DNA of 59,930 nucleotides, counting the filler. It is 9 parts of 9 records of this genome, joined end to end, with 100 filler letters (N's around TTAATTAATTAA, not from the genome) between each part and the next. Parts side by side here need not be neighbours in the genome. Positions count along the whole stretch, not along the records: positions 37,982 to 44,438 come from SRR31156797_39964; positions 44,539 to 50,034 come from SRR31156797_39968; positions 50,135 to 59,930 come from SRR31156797_40010; 6 more parts are not named here. One strand, given 5' to 3'. The position numbers were made by a program, and so were the translations under genes. The notes below the pieces were generated by a model that saw nothing but the letters and a program-made list of their open reading frames with translations, was not told the DNA's origin and searched no databases. Positions 40,900 to 50,135 of the stretch are shown in pieces (the first letter of the stretch is position 1; every line of letters begins with the position of its first letter).

Positions 40900-41489
40900 T
40901 GTATACTCCTTTTCAGCATCATGACAGCTTCCTTGAGATGGGCCTGGACCCGGGCCGAGCGCCGGGAGAGAAGAACGCTCATGAACAGTCCCGGAATGGA
41001 GACCATGAGTCCGCTCTGGGTGGTGACCAGGGCCTCGGATATGCCGCCGGCCATGGCCCGGGCATTGCCGGTGCCAAACAGGGTGATCACGTCAAAGGTG
41101 GTGATCATGCCGGTGACGGTGCCCAGCAGGCCGAACAGGGGGGATACCGCGGCCAGGACGGCGATAACGGCCAGGAAGCGCGTGAGCCGCGGGGTCATGG
41201 TCATGGCGCACTCCTCCAGGATGCGTTTGTCCACAAAGGAATCGCCGGTCCGGTGTTCCAGAAAGTAGCGGAGAAGATGGGCCTTGAGCCCGTCCCGGGC
41301 CACGGGTACCCGTTCCTCTTTGAGCACGGCGGTGATCCGGTGGAGTTCGATGTCCCTGCGTTCAAGGGAGTAGAAGTAGAACATCCGGTCCAGGATCAGG
41401 GTCCACATGGTCAGGGAACAGAGAATCAGGGGGATCATCACCAGGCCCCCCTGGCTCAGGTAGTGGTAAAGATCGTGGAGTAGATCCAT
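40896..41489 (-). CDS. exbB: ExbB (MotA/TolQ/ExbB proton channel)
   Basis: SPLFGLLGTVTGMI..GISEALVTTQSGL. Confidence 0.9.
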   Translation of the reverse strand: MDLLHDLYHYLSQGGLVMIPLILCSLTMWTLILDRMFYFYSLERRDIELHRITAVLKEERVPVARDGLKAHLLRYFLEHRTGDSFVDKRILEECAMTMTPRLTRFLAVIAVLAAVSPLFGLLGTVTGMITTFDVITLFGTGNARAMAGGISEALVTTQSGLMVSIPGLFMSVLLSRRSARVQAHLKEAVMMLKRSIQ

Positions 41490-41491
41490 TG

Positions 41492-42877
41492 CTAACGCTT
41501 CTCCCTGAAGATGATGTTGGTCAGGGCCACGGCCTTCTCCTCCATGTCGCCGATCACATGCTCCACCTGGCGGCAGAGAAAGGTGTAGACGAGCATGATG
41601 GGGATGGCCACGGTGAGGCCGAGCATGGTGGTCACAAGGGCGGTGGAGATGCCGCCGGACATCATCCGGGGATCCCCGGTGCCGTACAGGGTGATCACGT
41701 GGAAGGTGGAGATCATGCCGGTGACGGTGCCCAGAAGTCCCAGGAGGGGCGCCACCGCCCCCATGATGTTGAGCATGGGCAGGAACCGTTCCAGCCGCGG
41801 CAATTCCTTCAGGATCGCCTCCTGAAGGATGCTCTCCAGGGTTTCCCGGTCTTCGGACCGGGCGCCGAGCCCGGTTCTCAGGACGTTGTACACGGGGATC
41901 TTTTTCGCGCTCCCGACCATGTTGTCGCAATCCTCCCAGCGGCCGTCCGCCGCAAGGGTGTTGACCTTGCCCATGACCTTGTCCGTATTGGCGTGGACCC
42001 GGGCGAGAAACAGGGTGCGTTCAATGCCGATGATCAGGGCCAGAAGGCCCAGGCCCAGGATGGGCCAGACCAGGAGGCCGCCCTTCTTCACCTGGTCCGT
42101 AAAGGTCTGTTTGTGGGTGATCTGGCGGAGGGCCCCGCCCCGGGAGACATCGATATAGACGGCATCCCCCTCGCCGTTCATGTACTGGTCCAGGTTCCGT
42201 TGAACGTTCCACGAGGGAAGCGCCGACAGGGCATAGAGCTTGTTGCTCTCCTGGGAGTAGTTGAGAAAACCGGTTTCCCCGTTGCTTCGGTAGGCGGCGG
42301 TGAATCCGCCCAGGGTCAGGATCTCTCCGGTTTCGGCTTCCCCGGCGTCGTTGATGAAGGTGCCCTCTTTGATCTCAACACTGCCCGTAAGCCGGCCCTC
42401 CTCCAGGAACAGGTCCGACAGGATCTTCATGTCATCGATACCCGGAAACCGTTTGGCGTCCAGCACCGGTTTGAGCCGGTCCAGGCGGCCCGGATTCCAG
42501 GCCGTGAACATGGAGGCCGAAAGCAAAGCCTTGAGGTTGCCGGCACCGATGCGCACCGCTCCGGCCAGTTCGTCCATGGAGGAGCGGTCCTCGGCCTCCT
42601 CTTTCCGGAGGGCGTCATTGGCGGCCTGGAGTTCTTTGATCTGGCCGGTGACGGATTTGATCCTGCTGTCCAGGGTTTTGTTCACCGTTGTCAACCGGTT
42701 GATCTCGTCGCGCATCTCTTTCCGGGTATGGCGAATCTCTTTGGTTCGGGTCTTGTGTGTCGCCTGGGCCTGGTCCAGCTCCTGTTGTGCGAGTACGGAT
42801 ACTTCCCTCATGTCCCGGGCATGGAGGGGCAGGGCAAATACAAGGCAGAGGGTAAGGGTTAAACAGTATTTTTTCAT
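41492..42877 (-). CDS. long MotA/TolQ/ExbB protein with periplasmic N-terminus (TtpC-like)
   Basis: Signal peptide, coiled coil, DVSRGG, APLLGLLGTVTGMI..GDPRMMSGGISTALVTT. Confidence 0.85.
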   Translation of the reverse strand: MKKYCLTLTLCLVFALPLHARDMREVSVLAQQELDQAQATHKTRTKEIRHTRKEMRDEINRLTTVNKTLDSRIKSVTGQIKELQAANDALRKEEAEDRSSMDELAGAVRIGAGNLKALLSASMFTAWNPGRLDRLKPVLDAKRFPGIDDMKILSDLFLEEGRLTGSVEIKEGTFINDAGEAETGEILTLGGFTAAYRSNGETGFLNYSQESNKLYALSALPSWNVQRNLDQYMNGEGDAVYIDVSRGGALRQITHKQTFTDQVKKGGLLVWPILGLGLLALIIGIERTLFLARVHANTDKVMGKVNTLAADGRWEDCDNMVGSAKKIPVYNVLRTGLGARSEDRETLESILQEAILKELPRLERFLPMLNIMGAVAPLLGLLGTVTGMISTFHVITLYGTGDPRMMSGGISTALVTTMLGLTVAIPIMLVYTFLCRQVEHVIGDMEEKAVALTNIIFREKR

Positions 42878-43662
42878 GGTTTCACGATCCTTCCCAGGGG
42901 GAGTTTAACAAGGTCCACGGTTCGTTCCAGCCGGGCCATGGCGATGGCGGTCTCCAGGGCATCGTTTGCGGATTTGGGGAGCGTCTTCCACATCTTGTCG
43001 GAAGGGTCGAAATACCCGGCCTTCCCCTTGTCCATGGAGAGGAAAAAGAGGGATACCCGGCCGAGCCTGAACACATCTACCAGTGTCTCCTGGCCGTCAA
43101 GATCGATGTTTTTCTGAACCGTTTCAATGGTGTTGCCGTATTCCACTTCGATCTGGAGGGCTTCAAACACCCGCCTGAATTTTTCCGCCGGGGATTCCGC
43201 CGGATCCACCAGGAGCGCCTTGAGGGAGTCGAACCGTGCCTGGCGCTCCTCGACCAGGAAGGGAAGATCCGTCTTTGCCTGGACTTCCAGGGAGGAAAGC
43301 ACCGATTCCAGATAGGAAGAGAGTTCATTCCGGATGCGATCGGCTTCCGCTTTTTTCCTGAGACCCTCTACCTGTTTCTCCTGTTCGAGGTGAAGCAGCC
43401 GCTCCAGGCGGGTCAGCCGGGTTTCCAGCCGTTTTTTCTTTTGTTCGAGATCGGTGTAGCGGGTTTCCAGCTTTGTTTGCTCGTCAGTCCACGCCACCTC
43501 GGCCTTCTGGCTCTTTTTCTGGATTTTCATGGTGGTTGCCACCGTTTGCCGGATGGCTTCTGCCTGGACCGGCGGGTCCGCTGCAAAGCAGGGAGGGGCG
43601 GAAAGAACGATCAGGGCCGTTAAAAGGAACAGGACCGAGCGCAAGGTTTTGTCTAAATACAA
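42874..43662 (-). CDS. DUF3450 family protein (TtpB-like)
   Basis: DLPFL..ERQAR, EKFRRVFEALQIEVEYG, VFRLGRVSL; TTG start after GGAGG. Confidence 0.85.
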   Translation of the reverse strand: MYLDKTLRSVLFLLTALIVLSAPPCFAADPPVQAEAIRQTVATTMKIQKKSQKAEVAWTDEQTKLETRYTDLEQKKKRLETRLTRLERLLHLEQEKQVEGLRKKAEADRIRNELSSYLESVLSSLEVQAKTDLPFLVEERQARFDSLKALLVDPAESPAEKFRRVFEALQIEVEYGNTIETVQKNIDLDGQETLVDVFRLGRVSLFFLSMDKGKAGYFDPSDKMWKTLPKSANDALETAIAMARLERTVDLVKLPLGRIVKP

Positions 43663-43896
43663 TTGTTTGGCCTCCAAATAATATCGTATTATTGTCTTTG
43701 AGAATATACAAAAAGTTTTATACACAACAAATAAATGCCTTGCAACTAATTTTTCGAGTAGCAGTAAAAAAATTAGGACCAACGAACAATGCTGTGGTAT
43801 TCTTAAATCCTTCCCCGATCCGGAACGTCTGGGTTACTTTGCCAGCTCCTTGATTTCCGATAAAATTAAAGGGCTGACTATTATAGGACAAATCCC

Positions 43897-43926
43897 TTGA
43901 CAAGTTTTGCGTAACCCAATAAACTT
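43897..43926 (+). promoter_or_regulatory. sigma70 promoter of the DtxR-family gene with overlapping inverted repeat
   Basis: TTGACA-N17-TAAACT; AAGTTT..AAACTT at 43902-43926. Confidence 0.6.
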
Positions 43927-43960
43927 TTACCATATTAATAAGTACCCAACAGGAGAACTG

Positions 43961-44438
43961 ATGAAGAAAAAAGCGTTGACTGCAAGCCTTGAAGACTACC
44001 TTGAGACCATCTATCACATTATCGAAGATAAGCAGGCCGCACGGGTAAAGGAAATTGCAAAACGGCTTGAGGTGAATAACTCCTCTGTAACCGGAGCCCT
44101 GAAAACCCTTTCCAAGAAGGGCCTCCTGAACTATGCCCCCTATGATGTGATCACCCTGACCGACAAGGGCGAAGAGATCGCCCTGGACGTGATCCGGCGC
44201 CATCGGGTATTGAAAAAGTTTATCACCAATATTCTCTGCATCGAAGGGGAGTCCGCAAACGAGGCTGCCTGCATGATGGAGCACTCCGTGACACCCGAGG
44301 TGCTTGAGCGCATCGTGCGGTTCGTGGAGTTTACCGAGGTGTGCCCCCGGAGCGGCAAAGAGTGGATCTCCGGCTTCCGGCGGTTCTGCGAGAGTAACTT
44401 CTCCCTGGAGCTGTGCCAGGAAAGTGCCGAGCGTTGCA
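43961..44438 (+). CDS. DtxR/MntR/IdeR family metal-dependent repressor (3' truncated)
   Basis: SLEDYLETIY, SVTGALK, RRHRVL..EACMMEH. Confidence 0.92.
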
Positions 44439-44538
44439 NNNNNNNNNNNNNNNNNNNNNNNNNNNNNNNNNNNNNNNNNNNNTTAATTAATTAANNNNNN
44501 NNNNNNNNNNNNNNNNNNNNNNNNNNNNNNNNNNNNNN
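44439..44538. other. artificial contig spacer
   Basis: N run with TTAATTAATTAA. Confidence 0.99.
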
Positions 44539-45346
44539 CTAATTTCGGAGCAATAAAAGGAACGACTAAACCGCCAAATGCAGCATCGATGTGCCCCCAT
44601 ATTTTGTTATCGTCTACATTGGTTCGAACCCTATCAATAATTTCTGGAGTATCAATAATACCCGTATTTATTGATGGTGCATTTAAAACGACAATAGTGG
44701 GGCGATTTTCGATTTCTGCATCTGGTAAACTCCAAGAGCCATCTGAATTGTAATGTATCTCGATGACATCATAATCAATATTAAAAAGACTCATTGGTTT
44801 CCAAAATGAATAGTGTGAATGACCTTGGCCGGCCATTACTACTTGAATTTTTTCTTTGCTGAACTTTTTCTTGAAATATTTATACGCAGTAATAAATGCA
44901 TATAAATTACTCTCTGTTCCTCCGGGAGTAATATATCCAAAAGTAGAATTTGCATCAGAATGATACAAGTTTGCTAACCATTCCATAAATTCGATTTCCA
45001 TTTCATGAAAAGCTTCAAAAGTGCTTCTTTCTAATCCATTGCCTTTGTTCTCTTTTCCGTAATGAAGCATTATATTATTACCATTAAAAAGATCAGCGTA
45101 GAGTCTGGACAATACAACAAATGTCGGTAACAAGGATCCAGGGTATCCCATGATCCCCCCTTCGTGGTAACCTCCTCTGGATTTTTTTAATCTTTTGCTA
45201 AGAATCTTCAGTGTTTTTTCAGATAGCTCGTCTCCCTTTGCAAAAATCTTCAGGTAGGCAGAAGCAATTGAGTCAGGGCTCCAATAGTTTATTTCAATAG
45301 GGATTTTTTTCGAAGAACGATTCTTTTTGGACTTTTTCTTTTTCAT
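44539..45346 (-). CDS. group II PLP-dependent decarboxylase (MfnA/tyrosine or histidine decarboxylase-like), 3' truncated
   Basis: GYITPGGTESN, HYSFWK, TGIID, HIDAAFGG. Confidence 0.82.
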
Positions 45347-45482
45347 AATTAACTAGTTTTTTTACATTGAGAGATAGAAACTGTCGAATGATAATTTCTT
45401 AAGTAATTAAGATTGAGTGCAACCTAGAAGTGTCCAGTATAAATACCCAAAGATCCTTTTTAATTGGATTTGCCTCCAAATC

Positions 45483-45513
45483 TTTGTATATTTAATAGTA
45501 ATTTTTAATTTTG
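45483..45513 (+). promoter_or_regulatory. Bacteroidota-type -33/-7 promoter
   Basis: TTTG (45483-45486)-N19-TAATTTTG (45506-45513) matches TTTG-N19-21-TAnnTTTG. Confidence 0.55.
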
Positions 45514-45519
45514 TCGCCT

Positions 45520-45657
45520 GTCAAAGAATGACAATATTAAAAAGAGGCCACGGGCCTTGAGAAGATTACGTAAAACATTAATGTTTTACGGGATCGTTAT
45601 TTAGCTGAGGATATTGTACCGCCGCCAAGTAGTACAACAATTTCCTCAGCTTTTTTT
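45520..45657 (+). ncRNA. candidate structured small RNA or leader
   Basis: Upstream promoter, perfect 22-bp palindrome 45569-45590, long hairpin 45603-45651 ending in a T run; only a 10-codon ORF. Confidence 0.4.
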
Positions 45658-45673
45658 ATTAGTATTTATATAC

Positions 45674-45710
45674 AAAAAGGGCCTTTCTTGTTGAAGAATG
45701 GCCCTTTTTT
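45674..45710. terminator. bidirectional terminator-like hairpin
   Basis: AAAAAGGGCC..GGCCCTTTTTT. Confidence 0.65.
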
Positions 45711-46020
45711 ATTTTGTATCTTTTTCCATTCTTCATTGATGCCATAATTCTGTATAAATACAATTAATATTCAAAATCGCCTTTTTTGAATAATTAGCAC
45801 AAATAATTAAAGTATTTATAAATTTGGTCATATTTTATCTTCCGGCTTCAGTTATTTATTCTAAAGCGCAATTTCAATTAATACGAAAGTAAATTAAATA
45901 TCCCTGGGACACAATATGACAAAAGTCATGAATTAGATTTTCGCCATATTTTTGCATCTTGTATAGATTGATATACAGGCCCTAAGCTTGCTTGTCGGTT
46001 AATGCCTATTTGTAAGCATG

Positions 46021-46127
46021 TTGAAAAACATGTTTTCAATAATTTAACATACGTTAATAATAAAAATTAGTAATAATGACCCTTTATACTAACTATGATA
46101 AATAGTATAATAGCTAGGAATATACTA
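46021..46127. promoter_or_regulatory. candidate res site upstream of the resolvase
   Basis: TTGAAAA-ACATG-TTTTCAA (46021-46039), TTATACTA-N11-TAGTATAA (46084-46110), extra TATACTA at 46121. Confidence 0.4.
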
Positions 46128-46182
46128 AATATAATAGTAAGTTTATCATTGAAAAGGAGGTAATTACTAAATATCAACAATA

Positions 46183-46821
46183 ATGACAAGAACAAAATTT
46201 AATAGAAAAGTCATAGGCTATATCCGGGTTAGCACCTTAGACCAAGACACTTTTAAAAATGAAGCTGCCATTCTTCAATTTGCTAATAAAATGGATTTTG
46301 GTAAAGTCGATTTTGTTAGCGAGAAAGTATCAGGAACCAAGTCTTGGAAAAATCGCAAACTAAAAGACGTCGTTAAAACTTTGAGTAACGGTGATATTCT
46401 CATAGTCCCTGAATTAAGTAGATTAGGACGATCACTAATTGAAGTATTAGAAATTTTGAACACCTTAACCCAAAAAAAGGCCAAAGTTTATTCGGTGAAA
46501 GAAAATTTTCAACTTAATGGGGATGATATGCAAAGTAAAGTAATGCGAACGATGTTAGCCTTATTTGCGGAAATTGAAAGGGATTTAATCTCAGCACGAA
46601 CTAAAGAAGGACTTGCAGCAGCTAAGGCAAGTGGCAAACAACTAGGCAGGCCATTAGGAACCGGCAAAAGTAAACTTGATCAGCACAGGGAAGAAATTAT
46701 CAAACTAATCAAAAACGGTTCAGGAAAGCCTTTTATCGCACAACGTTATTCGGTCAATCCTGTTACACTCTGGAATTGGCTCAAAAAACATAAGCTAGAC
46801 ACCTTAAAACCGCAACCATGA
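46183..46821 (+). CDS. small serine recombinase (resolvase/invertase)
   Basis: GYIRVST..Q, ELSRLGRS, AEIERDLISARTKEGL, GRP, C-terminal HTH. Confidence 0.93.
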   Translation: MTRTKFNRKVIGYIRVSTLDQDTFKNEAAILQFANKMDFGKVDFVSEKVSGTKSWKNRKLKDVVKTLSNGDILIVPELSRLGRSLIEVLEILNTLTQKKAKVYSVKENFQLNGDDMQSKVMRTMLALFAEIERDLISARTKEGLAAAKASGKQLGRPLGTGKSKLDQHREEIIKLIKNGSGKPFIAQRYSVNPVTLWNWLKKHKLDTLKPQP

Positions 46822-48635
46822 AAGCTTATAGCTATATTAGATTTTCTTCACCACAACAATTAAATGGAGATAGTCTTAGAAGACAATTAGAAGCAACAAA
46901 ATCATATTGCAAAGAGAAAAGACTTAACTTAATTGAGAATATTGAAGACCTAGGACTTTCTGCATTTCATGGCAAGCATACTTCAGATGGAGCACTTGGC
47001 GAATTTTTGAAACTTGTCGCTGATGGTAAAATTGAACGTGGCTCAACTTTGATTGTTGAAAATTTAGATAGATTAAGCCGGGAGAAAGTCATGGACTCAT
47101 TGACACAATTTAGCAATATCATAAAGGCTGGAATTAAAATTGTTACTCTACAGGATAAGATGGAATATGATGAAGAGAGCATCAAAAATAACTGGACTCA
47201 ACTAATTATCTCCATTACATATATGGCTAGGGCACACGAAGAGTCAAGAACAAAATCCGATCGACTTAAATCCACACTCAAGATTAAAAGAGAAAAAGCA
47301 CGAAAGGGAGAACAAAAATTTACAGGTAATACTCCAGCCTGGTTAGAGCTTGAGGTAAATAGGAAGAGATTTAAACTCAAACCACCAGTTTGTCATGCAA
47401 TTGAGATCATATACAAACTGAAACTAAAGGGCTATAGTGCATCAAAGATTGAGAGAGAGTTAAATATGATGAAAAACATTTGGTGCCCTCCTGTTACGAA
47501 AAGAAATAAGCAGGGTGGGTGGCGCTCATCATATATTAATAAATTACTCTATAACAACCGTCAGCTAATCGGGGAGTTCCAGCCACATAAAATAGAAGAT
47601 GGTATAAGAGTCCCTGATGGCCCACCCATTAAAGATTACTTTCCTTCTGCAATACCGGAAGAACTATTTTTCCATGTACAGGAATATATTCAAAAAAATG
47701 CAAAACTTAAAGGACAAGGAGGAGGCCAGATTGAGAAAGGTAATAACCTTTTTACTTTCATTGCGAAATGTGGAATATGTGGTGCTCCAATGCACTTTAT
47801 TAATAAAGGCAAGCCTCCTAAAGGAGGTAAATATTTACATTGTGATGCATCGCGAAGAAAACTAGAAGGTGGAACTAAATGTCAAGCTCGCCCTATTCGG
47901 TACAATGTTTTTGAGAAAGCATTTCTAGATAATATCGATGAAGTTGATCTAGATAAGGTTTTTGGTTTGGGTGATGAGCAAAAGCAATTATTGGAAAAAC
48001 TGAATGGTGAACTAAGAAGAGTCTGTTTTAGAATTGACGAAATAAAAAAACAAAATATTAATTATAGCAAGGCTATTGCTATTGCGAGAAATGATTTAAC
48101 GATTCAGCAGCTAACTTCATATCTGGATGACTTGTCCACTGAAGATGAAAAGCTGCTCGAAATCAGGCGTAAACTTATGAACGAAATTTCCGGGATAGAA
48201 AAGATAAATAAGAACGCTCAAAACATAATTCGAGAAGTAAAAGATTTTTATCAAGAATTTAAAAATACTCAAAACAGTAAGGAGAAAATAGGAATCAGAA
48301 TAAAGTTGCGGATCGAAATTAGAAATCTAATTTCAGAAATCAGAATTATTCCACCTTTAGACAAATATGAAGCGATAAGGTTCCTTAAACCCAAATTTGA
48401 ACTGTTCAAACAAAAAATTGCATTATTTAAGAAAGAAAATCCAGACCAAACCTTACCTACTCGTTATAGTGTTAAGTACGAGTCATTTTCTTCAAATCTT
48501 AATAGATTTGAAAAATACGATACAAAGAAAAGAGTATTCTACGGAATGGCATCCATAACTTGGCATGGCCAATTAGGAACATCTAATACACGAATATTCT
48601 TTAACAATGAGGTTTTGAATGTAAAACATAAATAA
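46818..48635 (+). CDS. large serine recombinase (integrase) with recombinase and Zn-ribbon domains
   Basis: YIRFSSPQQ..DSLRRQ, ENLDRLSR, CGICG..YLHC..C, coiled coil. Confidence 0.92.
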   Translation: MKAYSYIRFSSPQQLNGDSLRRQLEATKSYCKEKRLNLIENIEDLGLSAFHGKHTSDGALGEFLKLVADGKIERGSTLIVENLDRLSREKVMDSLTQFSNIIKAGIKIVTLQDKMEYDEESIKNNWTQLIISITYMARAHEESRTKSDRLKSTLKIKREKARKGEQKFTGNTPAWLELEVNRKRFKLKPPVCHAIEIIYKLKLKGYSASKIERELNMMKNIWCPPVTKRNKQGGWRSSYINKLLYNNRQLIGEFQPHKIEDGIRVPDGPPIKDYFPSAIPEELFFHVQEYIQKNAKLKGQGGGQIEKGNNLFTFIAKCGICGAPMHFINKGKPPKGGKYLHCDASRRKLEGGTKCQARPIRYNVFEKAFLDNIDEVDLDKVFGLGDEQKQLLEKLNGELRRVCFRIDEIKKQNINYSKAIAIARNDLTIQQLTSYLDDLSTEDEKLLEIRRKLMNEISGIEKINKNAQNIIREVKDFYQEFKNTQNSKEKIGIRIKLRIEIRNLISEIRIIPPLDKYEAIRFLKPKFELFKQKIALFKKENPDQTLPTRYSVKYESFSSNLNRFEKYDTKKRVFYGMASITWHGQLGTSNTRIFFNNEVLNVKHK

Positions 48636-49123
48636 AAAACTTATTTATGTTTTACATTGCTTCTTGGTCTGTGCGGAAAGAATACCTTAAGAATTGCAAC
48701 GATGTTTTTTGTAACGTTATCCCGTCTCGTGTGAGGAATGCTTCGATTTCATTGAAGCCATATAAAGGAGCAAGTGGAACCAGTTTGTTTATTGATAACT
48801 TTCTTAACGCTTCGCTAAAAGTTAGCAACAGTTTCAGGTAAGGCTACCACAGCAGATGTTTTTTATGTTAAAATCTGGTTCATGACATTAAATTGCGAAT
48901 GTAGAAAATTATTGTTCTATAATTTATAGTGAGAACTCGGAGACTAAAATATTAATCCAAAATAATTCTACAAGGCTAGAATTATTATCTTTAACTTTTA
49001 GAAGTTATCTAATTCATTTAATCATGTCATTTTATTTCTCACTGAACAAAATCTTACTTAATGATATAGATGCAATTTAATGAAGGATAATTCAAACCAC
49101 AAATAAAAGGCAAGCTAAATATA

Positions 49124-50034
49124 ATGAGCTCATTTAATACCAATATAATACAAAACTTGGTAACCCCATGGAAAGGAGATACGTCTTTAGTTAACGACCT
49201 AGAGGATTTTGCTAAACATTTAGGGTGGTACCCTAGTGATATAATTGAAGATCGAAATGAGAGTAGCATAACTACGGGTCATCTTTTTGTAGAGCACGGC
49301 CTTGATAACTCTGCGGTTATTTCATTTGTTAACAACCAGCATCAATATAATGGACTTCCCGTTTATGAAAAACATAATTTATTAGGAATTTCATATAATA
49401 ACTTGGTTGACCTTCATATATCGGTAGACTACAAGAACATTTTTGGGAGTCATAATAGGCTGGATATAGGAAATAATTTGTTATTCAAAGGTGGAATAGA
49501 AAATGAGACTAGTTTAAAAAGCAGTACATATCTTGATATCTTTCAAGAAAAAAAATTTAAGACAATATATCCATCATTAGATGATGCATTGATAAGAACA
49601 ATTTCAGATTGGAAAAGGATAATTTCATCAGAGCTGAGAAACTTGGTAGAGAATGAAAGACTATCTGATTTATTTAATGCTATTATCTTTTTACGAGCTG
49701 TTGAAGATTATGAATATTCTAAAGTTGGGAAGGTATCTTTAAGAAATGCTTTATTGTTTGAACTATCAAGCATTAAGCAGCCTACATTAACTCAGGTATT
49801 TGGAAAATTTATTGAAAAGTATAATATCACGAATATTCCTCATAATTTAATTAATCTGGATAATCTAAAAGTATTTGACAGTCTGAATCCAGTAATCTTA
49901 TATCACCTATTTCAGGATTTTTATGTAAACAAGTATGCACAGTATAGTTATGATTTTTCAATAATGTCTAAACATGCTCTAAGTAGAATTTATGAAAAAT
50001 ATGTATCATTGCTAGAAGTTAAGGAAGAGCAGCA
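49124..50034 (+). CDS. probable type IIG/Eco57I-like or HsdM-like restriction-modification protein, N-terminal part
   Basis: FNAIIFLRAVED and YDFSIMSKHALSRIYEKY, the pattern that precedes N6-methyltransferase domains; catalytic motifs lost to truncation. Confidence 0.6.
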
Positions 50035-50134
50035 NNNNNNNNNNNNNNNNNNNNNNNNNNNNNNNNNNNNNNNNNNNNTTAATTAATTAANNNNNNNNNN
50101 NNNNNNNNNNNNNNNNNNNNNNNNNNNNNNNNNN
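50035..50134. other. artificial contig spacer
   Basis: N run with TTAATTAATTAA. Confidence 0.99.
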
Positions 50135-50135
50135 G

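Noticed and set aside
38619-42908. Long plus-strand ORFs (38991-40028, 39722-40573, 41489-42862 and others)
   Set aside because: Antisense shadows of the GC-rich TonB operon with no recognisable motifs
48647-48880. Short ORF fragments between the recombinase and the RM gene
   Set aside because: No credible start or recognisable motif; possibly a gene remnant but unsupported
7445-50134. Recurrent TTAATTAATTAA between N runs, as a repeat array
   Set aside because: Identical 100-bp artificial linker joining contigs; cross-spacer gene neighbourhoods are meaningless
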